Positions 39,126 to 52,720 of a DNA stretch of 64,000 nucleotides are shown one piece after another. This DNA comes from Octopus bimaculoides (lineage: Eukaryota): NCBI RefSeq assembly GCF_001194135.2, contig NC_068984.1:33276997-33340996 (forward strand). Direction: 5' to 3'. Below the pieces are notes generated by a model, which saw only the letters and a list, made by a program, of their open reading frames with translations, was not told the origin of the DNA and did no database searches. The position numbers were made by a program, and so were the translations under genes. How positions within the stretch are numbered: the first letter of the stretch is position 1; every line of letters starts with the position of its first letter.

Positions 39126-40489
39126 ACTCTCTCTCTCTCTCTTACTCTGTGTTTGTGTGTGTGTTATACATACATACATACATACATATACATATATNNN
39201 NNNNNNNNNNNNNNNNNNNNNNNNNNNNNNNNNNNNNNNNNNNNNNNNNNNNNNNNNNNNNNNNNNNNNNNNNNNNNNNNNNNNNNNNNNNNNNNNNNNN
39301 NNNNNNNNNNNNNNNNNNNNNNNNNNNNNNNNNNNNNNNNNNNNNNNNNNNNNNNNNNNNNNNNNNNNTATATATATATATATGTATATAGTCACTAAAG
39401 TGATGGAGGGTGCTACTAGGCACCAGCATTGCTAGTGATGAGAGTCAAATCAACTCTTAGCTACATGGGAGATCATTTTCTAACGACTCCCAAGAGGGAC
39501 AAGCTCCTCCCTACGACAAGTGGATGATGGTATATAGCAGGTGGTTGCTATTGTTGATGCTGTTCCTGATGTTGTTGGTGTATGTTGTATGCGTGTATTG
39601 TTGAGAAACCTTCGCCCACTGCGTTAACCATTCTAATTCCGAACACCCTTCGACCATGGTAGAGAGGAATGAGAATAACTTCGTTATTTTTAGAGTTGCT
39701 GTAGAGTAACGTATTGCCTCTTCTTCTGAGGTGAACCTCTCCTCGACGGTCACATATTTATTACCCCTGGCTACATAGGTTTTGATTTTCCGCACTGGTA
39801 GTAGGGATTACTTTAACTGTATTGTCTGCTCCACGTTCCTACTTCTCGCTTCAATTGTTTTATACAGAAGTGTCGCACATTAATTTCTTGCTTTTTAGGA
39901 ATGTTTAGTGCTATATTTCTGCCACATTTTTCCAGCATGCATTTTGCAGTTTTGAACACGTTTTAATCTAAGAAAATATTTTCATTTAGCTGTCGGTTTG
40001 CTTGACCAGGCGAAACTGTTCGGAATGGAGTTGCATGTTTCAATTTCGTTTTGTCGTTTTCGTTGATTGTGTTGATGCTAGTGGTGGTGTTGGAGCTGTT
40101 GCTGGCACCAGGCGTGGTTGTGGAGATGGCAGTGTTTTCGTTTGTGTTTTTGCTTTTTATCATTTTCTTTTGTTCCTGAGATGGTTTGGCTGTTCTTTCA
40201 TCAGCTTGCTGCGTTAACAACAGCAACAATAATAATACTAACTCAGATGACAATTTTCGTTCGCCATCTTTGATTTTAGTAAAAAATTAGGTGGGGTCTT
40301 GTCCCAAGCAAATACCAAACTTGTACCTGTGGACTATAAATGGAGAAGAACTAACCAGCTCTCCAAGGTCCTGGTTTGTATAACAACGTAAAAATAAAAA
40401 TAACGAAAATACAATGTATAATAATGTGTAGCAAAATGAATAACAGCAAAACTTATGGAGAGATGTGCTACACGTGTCAATAGACAAAC

Positions 40490-40790
40490 AATAATAATAA
40501 TGATTAATTCTTTTATTGGCCACAAGGGCTTACATTGAACAACATAGAAGGATATAACAGCACGATACAACGGGTTTCAAAGATATCTAATCAAGAGTTC
40601 AAGAGCCCTTCTTTTATTTTTCACAGGCGCATGCTCAAAATGGATCTTTTCATACTGGCAATTTTCCGACAACTACCCACTTTTCAACAAAGTTGCAAGA
40701 AGACAAAGCTTTCCTCTCCATTCTCATTTAATTTTCAAGTGAAATTTGAAAAAGTTTGGTTTATCCATTCAAAACAGATTAGGTAGTATT
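40490..40790 (-). mobile_element. 3' end of a LINE, probably L1/Tx1-like, with AATAAA and an (ATT)n tail
   Basis: Minus strand reads FFKFHLKIK..MERKALSSCNFVEKWVVV...LSMRL*, then ...tggccAATAAAagaattaatcattattattatt. The clade call is tentative. Confidence 0.55.
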
Positions 40791-40799
40791 TATACATAT

Positions 40800-41210
40800 A
40801 GTTGAAGTGGACAAGGTGCACCACATTTGCTATATAATTGATGTTGCATGGTATATAATCAATAATGCATGCCTCTTTGACCTATGGATAGTCAAGTGGA
40901 AGACGAAAAGAAAGATACAACCCTCTTAAGTAAAAAATAGCCCTGCTATGGAAAATGAAGAAGATGTAAATAGTGCTAATTTTTGTTAGGTTCTTGGGAA
41001 CAGTATCAGAAGATATCAAGGGGAATATACAGGAAATTGGAATAGAGTGCCCAGTAGAAGTGTTACAAAAGGTTTGCCTCCTTGGCATGGCCAGGGAAAT
41101 GAAGAAAGTATTAGATAGCTAAAAAGAACGAAGAGATGCTACCGTAGTCCCGCTACGTATGCAAGACTCCAGAAGCTCCAACAAAACCAGTGATAAAGAG
41201 ATGATGGCTA
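40800..41210 (+). mobile_element. 3' end of an R4/Dong-like retrotransposon with a (GAT)n tail
   Basis: YIIDVA..ACLFD...FLGTVSEDIKGNIQEIGIECPVEVLQKVCLLGMAREMKKVLDS*, followed by a short UTR and (GAT)n. Confidence 0.85.
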
Positions 41211-41668
41211 TGATGATGATGATGATGATGATAATGATGGTGGTGNNNNNNNNNNNNNNNNNNNNNNNNNNNNNNNNNNNNNNNNNNNNNNNNNNNNNNN
41301 NNNNNNNNNNNNNNNNNNNNNNNNNNNNNNNNNNNNNNNNNNNNNNNNNNNNNNNNNNNNNNNNNNNNNNNNNNNNNNNNNNNNNNNNNNNNNNNNNNNN
41401 NNNNNNNNNNNNNNNNNNNNNNNNNNNNNNNNNNNNNNNNNNNNNNNNNNNNNNNNNNNNNNNNNNNNNNNNNNNNNNNNNNNNNNNNNNNNNNNNNNNN
41501 NNNNNNNNNNNNNNNNNNNNNNNNNNNNNNNNNNNNNNNNNNNNNNNNNNNNNNNNNNNNNNNNNNNNNNNNNNNNNNNNNNNNNNNNNNNNNNNNNNNN
41601 NNNNNNNNNNNNNNGGGGTGGTAGTGGTGGGGATGGTGGTGGTGGTGGTGGTGGTGATGATGAGGATG

Positions 41669-41701
<33 letters not shown>

Positions 41702-41714
41702 CTGATGATGATGA

Positions 41715-41892
41715 TCATAAGAAGAGAGACAAATACGGTCAGATCATTGATGTAGCCATACCAACTGACATGAATGTTGTAGGTAAAGAGGTTGAAAAAA
41801 TCACCAATTACTCCGAATTAAAAGTGGAAATGGCAAGATTGTATGGAATACGAGCGGGTAATGTAAAAGTGATACCAGTGGTGATCGGGGCA
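41715..41892 (+). mobile_element. REL-endonuclease core fragment (R4/Dong-like)
   Basis: IIDVAIPTDMNVVGKEVEKITNYSELKVEMARLYG...VKVIPVVIGA; preceded by (GAT)n and followed by (CAA/AAT)n. Confidence 0.85.
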
Positions 41893-41932
41893 ACAGCAAC
41901 AATAATAATAACAATAAAGATAATAATATTAA

Positions 41933-42128
41933 TGTTTTGAAACTTCGGTACAAGGCCAGCTGTTTCGAGGAAATGGGTAAATTGATTACATTGACCTTAG
42001 TATAAGTACTTCAATGATATTTATTTTATCAGCCATGAAATGATGGAATTTGAACTCACAACATAAATCAGGACGAAATGCCACTAAGCATTTTGCCTGG
42101 CGTGCAAACGACCCTGGCAGCTCACTGC
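41933..42128 (-). mobile_element. tRNA-derived SINE, family C
   Basis: ttgaaacttcggtacaaggccagc...gacgaaatgccactaagcattttgcctggcgtgc. Confidence 0.85.
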
Positions 42129-42185
42129 GTTCATAACAACAACAACGACGACGACGACGTCGACAACGGTGAAGACGACGATGAA

Positions 42186-42244
<59 letters not shown>

Positions 42245-43833
42245 CTTATGGTGATGGTGATGTTGAGAAGGGAAATATTATTACGGAGGTGAAGAAGAAA
42301 GACGAAGGAATCCATCAAAATTATAATGGTAGCGAATATAACGGTAGCAGCAACATCAACAACAATACGGCTACTACTAACAATAACAATAATAAGAAAT
42401 AAATAAATAAGAAATAAATAAGAAATAAATATGAGAAAATCGAAAGAATATTCTTATATTGTATGATACAATTTGAATAGTAGCGCAATATCCTTTTGTG
42501 CGATTCGTTATATTCCCTCAGGCGCAATTTACTTCACATTTATATCAGTAGCAGATATCTAAATTCTCAGTAATCGTTTATTCCTTAAATGGAATGTCTT
42601 TCATTCCCAACTTGTTTGACAGATTTACTTTTTTTTTTCTTTCTTCTCAAACTGAAGTAAAGGAGTAGCCTTCGGCATCGAATAAGTCAAAGGCAGTTAA
42701 GCCCCCCCCCCGCCGCACACCTTAAACACTGTTACTAATTCTTTCTTTAGCTATATTTGTTTAAATGGAATCCTTCACGAGGTACAAAAAAAAAAAAAAG
42801 AAAATAAGAAGCAAAATGAGGAAAGTGACGCCTTCGCCAGTTATAGAAAACACTGACCTAAGAAATAGAGACGAAAAGATAATCAATACTTCATTTGACG
42901 AATACGCCATGACAAAGTGTTACTTTCTACAATGAACATGAACATTGAATCGCAACCTCCAATCCACCCTATCATATGAAATACTGTCATATTCTGTTAA
43001 AAACAATAAAATGAAATAAAGTCAAATATATGCACTTCCATTATCCACCAGGGATATATGGTGACAAAACGACCAGGTTTATTGTACCAAAAACAAAACA
43101 AAGAAAAAATAATAGCAATAATATGCCAAAGCATTACTATATATCAGGATTCCATGTCGATTGTGTTATGTCACGGTAATGTGCATATCTATCCGAATGC
43201 ATGGCTATATATAAAAAAAAAATTACTAACGTACGTATAATAATTGATTTGCCACATATTTTTCTGTATTTTGATATTTGTAGGTTCCTTTCTTTGGTAT
43301 AGTTTTATTGGTTCGCTTCAGCTTACAGTCACATTGATATATTAACCTTTCTTTACAGTCACAAGTTAAAACATTAAACAGGTGAACATTTTTACCAAAA
43401 TTAAAAAAAAAAAACCTTCAGATACAATCATTGTGCCTCGCAGTTGAAAGAAATAATAAATGAATCGGGTATTAAAATGGTTGCAAAATTATGTATTTTA
43501 TAAATAATTTATGGAGTGAAATACAATTTTGCTCTGAAAAATATGATAATGTGGGTACAATACTTGAAGGTGTACTACCCAAATATTTAGTCCTCACTTT
43601 CATATACTCCTAAGCCTGAATTATTTGAATTAGTATTTTACTGGCGTAGAACATTGCTACTTTTCTCTGTATTTGTCACCAATTGAATAGTTTGCGATAC
43701 GAATTCGCTGACATAGAACGTAACTAGTTTCCTTAAAATTTATTATCTATTTTGTAGATTGGGACTACAAAGAGAAATACATTATTAGTCAAGCGTGGAG
43801 TATATAGATAATAATTTCTCCATTTCTTTCCAG

Positions 43834-43979
43834 TTGAAAGGAGTTTAAAAGTTAATGAAAAGGCTACGGTGGAGAGGAATGCAACAGAGAAAAATCTTGA
43901 TTCTACGAGTGTATCTCTTCTAATTATACAGAGTAGCATTTCTGAGACTTCGACAGAAAACAAATTAGAAACATTGTGA
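43834..43979 (+). CDS. Candidate exon encoding a Ser/Thr/Glu-rich low-complexity peptide
   Basis: Strong acceptor atttctccatttctttcCAG. Open frame ERSLKVNEKATVERNATEKNLDSTSVSLLIIQSSISETSTENKLETL*. No partner exon identified. Confidence 0.2.
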
Positions 43980-44089
43980 TTTGTACCCTGGTGCAGCAAA
44001 ATGTAGACGTGTAGAAGAGCCTCTACAATGACTGCTAAAATTTAGCTTCTAATATAAAATGAAATGCATTTTCATCCTTCACTGTCTGC

Positions 44090-44345
44090 AAGATTAAAGG
44101 CGGGAGTAAAAACGTTTATCCGTTATACTTTATTTAGAAAATATGAAGTTTCTGAAACAAGGCGACACAATCATTCAAAGAGACTTTTTCCTTAAAATAT
44201 GTTATTAAGACTAAATCTGTTCATTTCTAGCACGGCTGTATAGCGTTTTTCCTCTCGTTGTCATCGCGTTTTTCTTAACGAGGTAACTGGCGGGTAAATA
44301 TGATATTTCAACATTTTTTCTAGTTTGCGCGCTTATTGGTGGGAA
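44090..44345. promoter_or_regulatory. Possible promoter-like segment
   Basis: GGCGGG at ~44099 and ~44288, reverse CCAAT (ATTGG) at ~44335, and locally raised CpG in a region with no recognised TE. Confidence 0.2.
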
Positions 44346-45172
44346 AATAGTTAACAAATAAATAAAAAGAATAAATATGAAAAATGACAATTGAATAAGG
44401 CGATAAATAAATAACGAAATTTACTTCAATGAAAAAAATATAATGGCTAATTTCATCAGATATCAAATAAGATTAAATTCTATAATTCCATGATATTTAA
44501 GTCTGCATGACATTATTGCAGTGAAGAAGCTATTTAGATACATTGAAATAAAATATAGAGAGAAAATCAGTTATTGAATGAAGAGATATTTCTAATAAAA
44601 TATTAACTATTATTCTTGTCAGAAGGGAAAAAAAGTATTTTCGTTTTAAATCCTATTTCGGGAAATCAACAAAGTTAGATATGAATGTGATAGGAAGAAG
44701 TTTACATTATTCATAAATAATCACACCTTTCCTCAGTGAGCCAGCAATTGCGCGCCCGCTCACACATGCATACATGCATATAAAATATGAACTGTCAATA
44801 ATATATAAACACACATTTATACATATATTGAATATACACACACTTTTTTATTCTTGACAATTTACAGAGATATAAAATATATTACCAGATAATGAATTAA
44901 ACACACACGCACACACACAAACACACACACACATATTAAAGAGAGAAACATTTGAGTTCATTTATTTGTATACTTATACTATACGCAAATATTTATCACG
45001 AGAGCTTATAAACGAATGTAAATTAGCATATATAGATACATTCGTGCCAGACAGTAGAATTCCTTCGTCGGTGCTCGAGATGAATCATAAGCTTCAAATG
45101 AGTGAATATTCTTTGCTAAATGTGTTTACGGCATTTCTTCTATTTCTTTGCCTAAAAAGCACACAAACGCAT

Positions 45173-45209
<37 letters not shown>

Positions 45210-46512
45210 GAAATACACGCCCGCGCGCCCACCGCACACAAACACACAAGCACATTTGATAGCCGCTCTATTCTCTCCTAGATATAGATATGCAACCGTC
45301 CATTCGTTCCATCAATTTGGAGAACCTATTCATTGAATCAGTATACAACAGGGTTGAATTTTCTACGGACGCGTATAACCATAATGGAATTCTCAAACAG
45401 AATAGCGTACCTCCAACGGCCTTAGAAACCGTTTCACTTACATATACATTCAAAAGTTTTCTGTTGAACGGAGACCATAAAAAGTCGAGAATATCAAGAT
45501 GTGTCGAACGCTAGAATATTTGCAAAGTGAAAGCGTTCAGACAAGTTTGAATATTTGTCTGTATGAGTGCGTATATGCACGTGTGTAGGTACGTGCGTTT
45601 ATATGTGCACGCGCATGTGTGTATGTGCGTTTATGCGTTTGTGCGTGACGCATGTGTATGCATGTGTATGAGTATGTATATATGTGTGTTATTACGTGTC
45701 TTCCTGCGTTGTTTCTCAGAATATAAGAATGAATTTATTTTGTATGCATAAATACATACTTCCAAAATAGGTAATGCCATAGTCATGCTTACATATATAC
45801 GATAATTCAGCGAAAGGATATGTATCAATTTGTATGGTATATAGAATATTAATAGAATACATAAGCAATATTGAGTATTTATTCTTTAAATTTTAGTTTT
45901 GCATAGAATTACCGGTCTTAATAGAAAAATTAAAACTATGAAATATTTCATCTGTATATATTTTTTTATAATCAGTATTATTTCATTTTAATTACTTATT
46001 TGGATCCAGCTACCAAAGTGCGCAATTTGCAATTTTTTTTTTTTTTTCCAGTCGATCAAGTTGACCCGACAATTTACTCCTATGTGGTATTTATATAATA
46101 CTTCTATAATTATAGAGTCGCTACATTAGTTTTGGACACGACATAAGTTTAACGTCGATTTTGTATTAAATACTAACCTCCACAAACATTAGCACACTGA
46201 AGATAACCGCGCATGCATATCTACGTACATAAAATACACTGCTTTATTTTGAGCTTGCTAGTGTTAACAATACTCGCAAATAAAATACAGACTGGAGATG
46301 TACTGCTCCAAGTGGGCCTATATTCCACTTAATAATTTCAATGGAGGCAATACAAGCGGAAACTAGAGTAACATAATTAATAACCACATTCGAAAATCAA
46401 ATACATACATATATTCTTCTGAATTTATAAAAAGGAAATAAAAATTCCAAATATATAAATATAAAGATACATATAAATAGATAGATAAATAGCGATGTGA
46501 TACATAAAACAC

Positions 46513-46563
<51 letters not shown>

Positions 46564-46584
46564 TGCACGCACACACACACACAC

Positions 46585-46632
<48 letters not shown>

Positions 46633-46684
46633 GTGGCAGAGATACCTGGCGTTGCTCGGGATTAACATGTCATAATTTTTTTTT

Positions 46685-47093
46685 TTTTTTACTTGTTTCA
46701 GTCATGTAACTGGGATCATGCTGGTGTACCTCTTTTAGTCGAACAAATAGACAGCAGGATATATTTTTGTAAGCCTAGTACTTATTCTATCAGTGACTTT
46801 AGCCGAATTGCTGTGTTACGGGGACGCAAACACAGCAACATCGAATTGAGGGGGAGAAAAACAGATACAAATACACACATAAATATATAAATATATATAC
46901 ATATACATGTATGTATATATAGTTATATAGGACAGATTCCTTTCAGTTTCGGTCAGCCAATCCACTGATATGGATTTAGTCAGTCAGCCCAAGGCTATTG
47001 TACAAGACGCTTGTCCAAGGTGCCACGCAGTAGGACTCAACCCGGAACCATGTGGTTGTGAAGCCAGTGTCTTAGCACACACCCATTCCCGCT
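46685..47093 (-). mobile_element. tRNA-derived SINE, family B, with an internal (TA/CA)n tract
   Basis: Minus-strand head ...cacatggttccgggttgagtcctactgcgtggcaccttggacaag... (B-box-like, then a CORE-like ccttggrcaag). The 3' part matches 5283-5330. Confidence 0.8.
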
Positions 47094-47526
47094 CCTATAT
47101 ATATATATATATATATATATNNNNNNNNNNNNNNNNNNNNNNNNNNNNNNNNNNNNNNNNNNNNNNNNNNNNNNNNNNNNNNNNNNNNNNNNNNNNNNNN
47201 NNNNNNNNNNNNNNNNNNNNNNNNNNNNNNNNNNNNNNNNNNNNNNNNNNNNNNNNNNNNNNNNNNNNNNNNNNNNNNNNNNNNNNNNNNNNNNNNNNNN
47301 NNNNNNNNNNNNNNNNNNNNNNNNNNNNNNNNNNNNNNNNNNNNNNNNNNNNNNNNNNNNNNNNNNNNNNNNNNNNNNNNNNNNNNNNNNNNNNNNNNNN
47401 NNNNNNNNNNNNNNNNNNNNNNNNNNNNNNNNNNNNNNNNNNNNNNNNNNNNNNNNNATATATATATATATATATATATTCACATATATATAGATATATT
47501 TATGCACGTATATACAGAGGGAATAA

Positions 47527-47670
47527 AACGGCGAGCTGGCAGAATGCAAAGGCAAAATTGTTAGCGCATTTCGTCCTTTACGTTTTGATATCAAATTTCT
47601 ACGAGGCTGATTTTTGCCCTTCATCCATTCGGGGTCGTTACAATAAACACAAGTTGAGCGCTAGGGTTCG
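47527..47670 (+). mobile_element. tRNA-derived SINE, family C
   Basis: cggcgagctggcagaatg...catttcgtcctttacg...cttcatccattcggggtcg. Confidence 0.8.
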
Positions 47671-48098
47671 ACATTCTCTATTTCGCTCTTATTTCTTGTT
47701 ATATCATTCTACGATGTTCTCTTCTATAGCTAGTAGATAACTTTGTGCCATTCACTGTGATGGTCTTGAATTTAGACTTGGCTCATTTGTAAAACCTGAT
47801 CCTGTCATTTTTTCATGTCTTACAATAGCCTTAGATAACCTGAATCAACAAGTATGCTGAATGCAATGTTAGAATTATGTAGAATTTTGTAGAATTATGT
47901 AGACTCTAAGCTGATTCACTTGTAGAAAATCAGTTTTAGAGACCAGTTGGAGGCCAGGTAGGATAATCAAAGTTTCTCCTATAGAGTACATGAAAAGCAT
48001 AATTCACAATTTTAGCCAGTCATAGATGGCGATTAAAAGTGAATGCAGATGATATAAACAGTCCACAAAATGTGAAGAGGGGCACATATATAACATAT

Positions 48099-48152
<54 letters not shown>

Positions 48153-48499
48153 TACATACTTACATACATATATAGATGTATATATAGATAGATATAGATA
48201 TATACCATATATATACATATATATTTGTGTGTGTGTGCTTACTTACTCATACATACACATACACGCACATACAAATACACACACATGCATACAGACACAC
48301 ACACACATACACACGCACCCCCCCCACACACATATATATGATGGACTCTTCCATCGATTTCGACGCATGAGAATTACAGGTTAGTGTACGTGGTATATTT
48401 GCAGCTGCTTTTGCTCTTTGCTTTGCACCCCGAAGCCTGTTAATGCTAGTTGCATCAAAGTTTCTAATACCATTTTGATGCTATAATCTCCATTTTTCT

Positions 48500-49515
48500 C
48501 ACTCCAGAGGTGTTCGATCAGAATTGTTGTGAGCTATCTTCAATTTAAGCTGTGTCCATGAGGACTTTGGGTATGCTTCGTCACTCATTCTGACGACATG
48601 ACCAGCATAGCGAAATTGTGGTTGCATAAAGAAGCTCTTGATTCTACCAATATTACACTTGTTAAACAGGTTGGCATTAGACACTCTGTCTTTTAGTGAG
48701 TAACCGAAAATCGTCCTCAGATAGCCTTTGTGGAAGTTGTCTAGTTGGTTAATGTGTCGTCTATAAGGTATCCACGATTCTGAGCCATACAACAGAGTAG
48801 TAAGAATGGCAGATTTATAGACCTGTATTTTGGTATCAGGGTTGATGCTCCCTTTCATTCCATAGGCGATGACGGTGTTTGCCAAATGCGTTGGTTGCCT
48901 TTGCAAGATGGTTGACGATTCCTCATCAAGGGAACCGCTCGAATTCACTTTATTGCCAAGATATGTAAATGACTTCACTCCAAAGGTTTTACCCATAAAC
49001 TTGTATAGGTGTGTCAAGAAAATTGTCAACCGGTGGCCACTGCTTGAAGCCTCGGATTTGTTTAGGAGTAGGGCAAGGTTTATGGATTACTTCCGTCTTC
49101 TTTATGCTGATGGTCAAACCAAAGTCTTTACATGCAGAAGAAAACTGGTCTAGAAGTTACTGAGCTTCCTCTAAAGAGGTCGCTATTAGTGCAGCACCAT
49201 CTTTAAAAATTAAATTACGAATGATACTTTTGCGTAGCTGTGCTCAGTCTTTCAAACGCTGATGATGGAATAGTCCGCCAATTGTTCGAAACTGGAACTT
49301 GACACCACTTTGGATGTTACTAAAATCATGCCTCAGTATCACTGAAAAGAAAAGGCCAAACAAAACAGCGGCCATAATACAATCTTGCTTTATGCCGTTA
49401 CTAGCGTCGAAGAAAGTCGAAGATTCCCCACTGGACACGACAATAGCCTTCATTACCTCATGAAAGAGATAACATTCATCATCTTACCATGTTTACCAAG
49501 CTTTTTCAGCACTTT
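48500..49515 (-). mobile_element. RTE-clade LINE, RT domain and C-terminus, decayed
   Basis: SNGIKQDCIMAAVLFGLFF...FKDGAALIA...FGLTISIKKTEV...FTYLG...TKIQVYKSAILTTLLYGSESW...LDNFH...QFRYAGHVVRMSD..YPK. Confidence 0.92.
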
Positions 49516-49857
49516 TCTTAGTGCCGGTTACATCCCCTCATGTAACATGTTACTCTGGGTTACATTTTACCAATAGCCTACAAGAGAGACTAATAGCGTG
49601 GGCGCGCACACACACATATATCATTAATAAAAACAGCTTTTTCCAATGCTATACCATAAAGGAAAATTATAGTTGTCAACTAAACATGACTAAGTGTGTG
49701 AATAACACATACATTGCTATAAATAGGAGCTAACAGCTGTTTTTATTAATTTTGTGAATACACATTAGCGATCTACTAAATCATCCATAGATTTTTATGG
49801 TGAATTATACTCTGATAGGCGAGCTAGCTCGGAATCAAACGAACAAGCTGGCCTTAC

Positions 49858-49897
49858 CGAAGATGACAACACAAATTGTCGAACCTGGCTGGTGTGT
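49858..49897 (-). CDS. Candidate 40-bp exon
   Basis: Acceptor ttttgtattatatacacctTAG and donor TCG|GTAAGG; all three frames open. No homology recognised. Confidence 0.2.
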
Positions 49898-52126
49898 CTA
49901 AGGTGTATATAATACAAAACGGACGGTTGTTTCAATAAGTGATCTGTTTGTAGCAATAATAAATATTTCAAATATGGCTTAAGAAACACTTGGCAAATTA
50001 TATAACGTACTATATTTTATAATGAAAGTAAAGTGATATACATGATTAACTATATGAAAGAAGCAGTACTTGTCCATGAAATACAAGGGCATACATTATC
50101 AAGTGATTATTGCAACTATCAGCAGTATATTGAAAGGCTGTCGTGTTTCAGAAATTCAAAGCAGCTATTTACGAAGCTCTTGTTTAAAATTTTATGACGA
50201 CAAAGAAAAAAAATTATGCATATTCTAGCAGAGTAGATCTGTAAGAAATTAGAAATATTTATGAGGTTGTAACATGATAAATATATTTATAATCTTCATT
50301 TTGGTAACTTTTTTTTCAGTGACATAGGCAAGTGCAAATGAAGGGTAAACAGATGGATGAACGATTAGATTCTTATTCAAAATTATTTAAATACACTTAG
50401 GCTTGTAATGATTTGTAAAATGAAAAAAAAAATTTTAAATTCTAAATCTGCGCTTAAAGAAGAAAACATATATAATCTATAAATCTATATCAACTATTGA
50501 ATATTTATATGAATTTTAATGAAACCTTCCGATAAAATTTGGTTTTTTATTCTAATTTTAAAGAAGACCAAACAGTCAAAGCCATTTATCATTTAGTGTT
50601 CATCTTAGTATGTTCGAATGATACCGTCTTCTAAGCTCCAGAATAGTTTATAAGGGTCATCTATGTAGTTGTGAAGGACAGTAATAAAAAGTTTCTCTAG
50701 TTTCGAATATAGACATGATTTAATAAGCTTGTTGCAAAGAATATATATAACTCTAAACGCACCCACAAGAGTGAGCGCGTATACATCTACTGTATATACG
50801 CACGCACGCACGCACACACGCACACAACGCACACACACACATACACACACAAACACATACCCATACATACAAATATGCAAACATACAAACACACACACAC
50901 ACACACGCACACACATACGGACACTTTTACTTCTTAGATGAGAATGAATTATATGCTATATGTTGAATATAATGAATATCATTATTCAAACCGATGAAAT
51001 GTGTAATATGCACCTTATATTGGCATAACTTCTAAAATATCTATAATGAGTAAGCTTGCTTTTAATACTTGACAGCCGAAAGTAAATTAGTGATTGAACT
51101 GAAATGAAAGCATCTAACACCGCCCAATTGGAAACCATCCTTAAACACTTCCATAGAGAAAATTTTATACATTTTCTGAATATAAATTTCACTATAGTTA
51201 CTTAGTTTTTATTCCTTATTATTTTTTTTTTAGTTTCTTTTTTAAAAGTGTATTGTTAAAAGCGGTGTGACTAAATATCAAAATTTAGAAATAATAAGCT
51301 CATAAATGCAATATTTTGTTATTAGTTTAGTCTCTTCTATACATTTATGCTAAGTTCATCAAAAATACAGGCTTAAATAATTTCCACTATTAAATTGTGC
51401 TAGCCTTGTACCAAAATTTTAAACCAATAGATATGACATCCTCAATCGTCAGTATAATGACAGCACCAGTTAACATGCCTTGCTAGTCATTGCCTTTTAC
51501 TCTTATTGTTCAAAGCCTGTTGTGTTCCAGTTAGCATTTCGTCTAACTGGTGTCGATAACATAATTACTTCTCATTTACCTTTGTAGAAATATTTGACTG
51601 TTCACTTTTGACAAAGTTCGTTCGTTTCCCTACGTAATAAATCCCAATATACGAAACCATTTGGAATAAACTAACCCAAAGAAAAATTAAGACCGTCTCA
51701 GGTACATAATCTTAATCGTTTACATAATAGCGATCGATGATTGCACCAAACGATTTGACTGTTCTTACGTCACTATATACTGTGAGATAACACTCATTGT
51801 GACCTTGTTTGTTTTTTAAAACTACGTATTAAAACTAATGAATTACATAATGATCTAATTGTGTCTACACTCCGAAACATCCAAGAAATCGTGCTAAATG
51901 TTGCAAGTGGTATTAATTTATATACGATACTAAAGCAGATAAGAGTTTAATAAGAGAAGTCTTTTTATTACTAGTTCTGGATATGATGGCAAATCATTAA
52001 AAGTACAAAATTTCTAACTTACTTTATATAACTACAGGACATATTTAAATCATAAACATGAACCCACTTTGCACCTCCAGATACATTTATGCATAAATAC
52101 ATACATATACAAATATACATACACAC

Positions 52127-52162
<36 letters not shown>

Positions 52163-52470
52163 ACGCTTCGGAAGTTTTAATTATCTTTATGCAGAGTAAC
52201 TTTTCCGAATGCACCATCATATGTGAACTACCAAATATTATATATCGGGATGTCTAGTATTCCAAACGTAAGTTTACAGTATGTCACACATTTTACAATA
52301 ATTTGCATAATTGTAAGTCTGCAGCAATATAGATACTACACATCCAATAAATTCTGAAGAGATCAAATATTAAGTATTTGCACATATTTTTAGTACATTC
52401 ACGGCTACATTATACACGGAAACATGAACAGAGTCACATGCATAGGGATACACACACGGAGATACATTTG

Positions 52471-52502
<32 letters not shown>

Positions 52503-52544
52503 ATATCTATCTATTTATTTATTTATCTCTCTCCCTCTCTCTAC

Positions 52545-52581
<37 letters not shown>

Positions 52582-52638
52582 TAGATAGATAGATAGATAT
52601 GGATATAGATATAAATATATATATATATCCATATATAC

Positions 52639-52717
<79 letters not shown>

Positions 52718-52720
52718 TAT
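52545..52720. repeat. (TA)n/(GATA)n compound microsatellite
   Basis: Direct reading. Confidence 0.95.
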
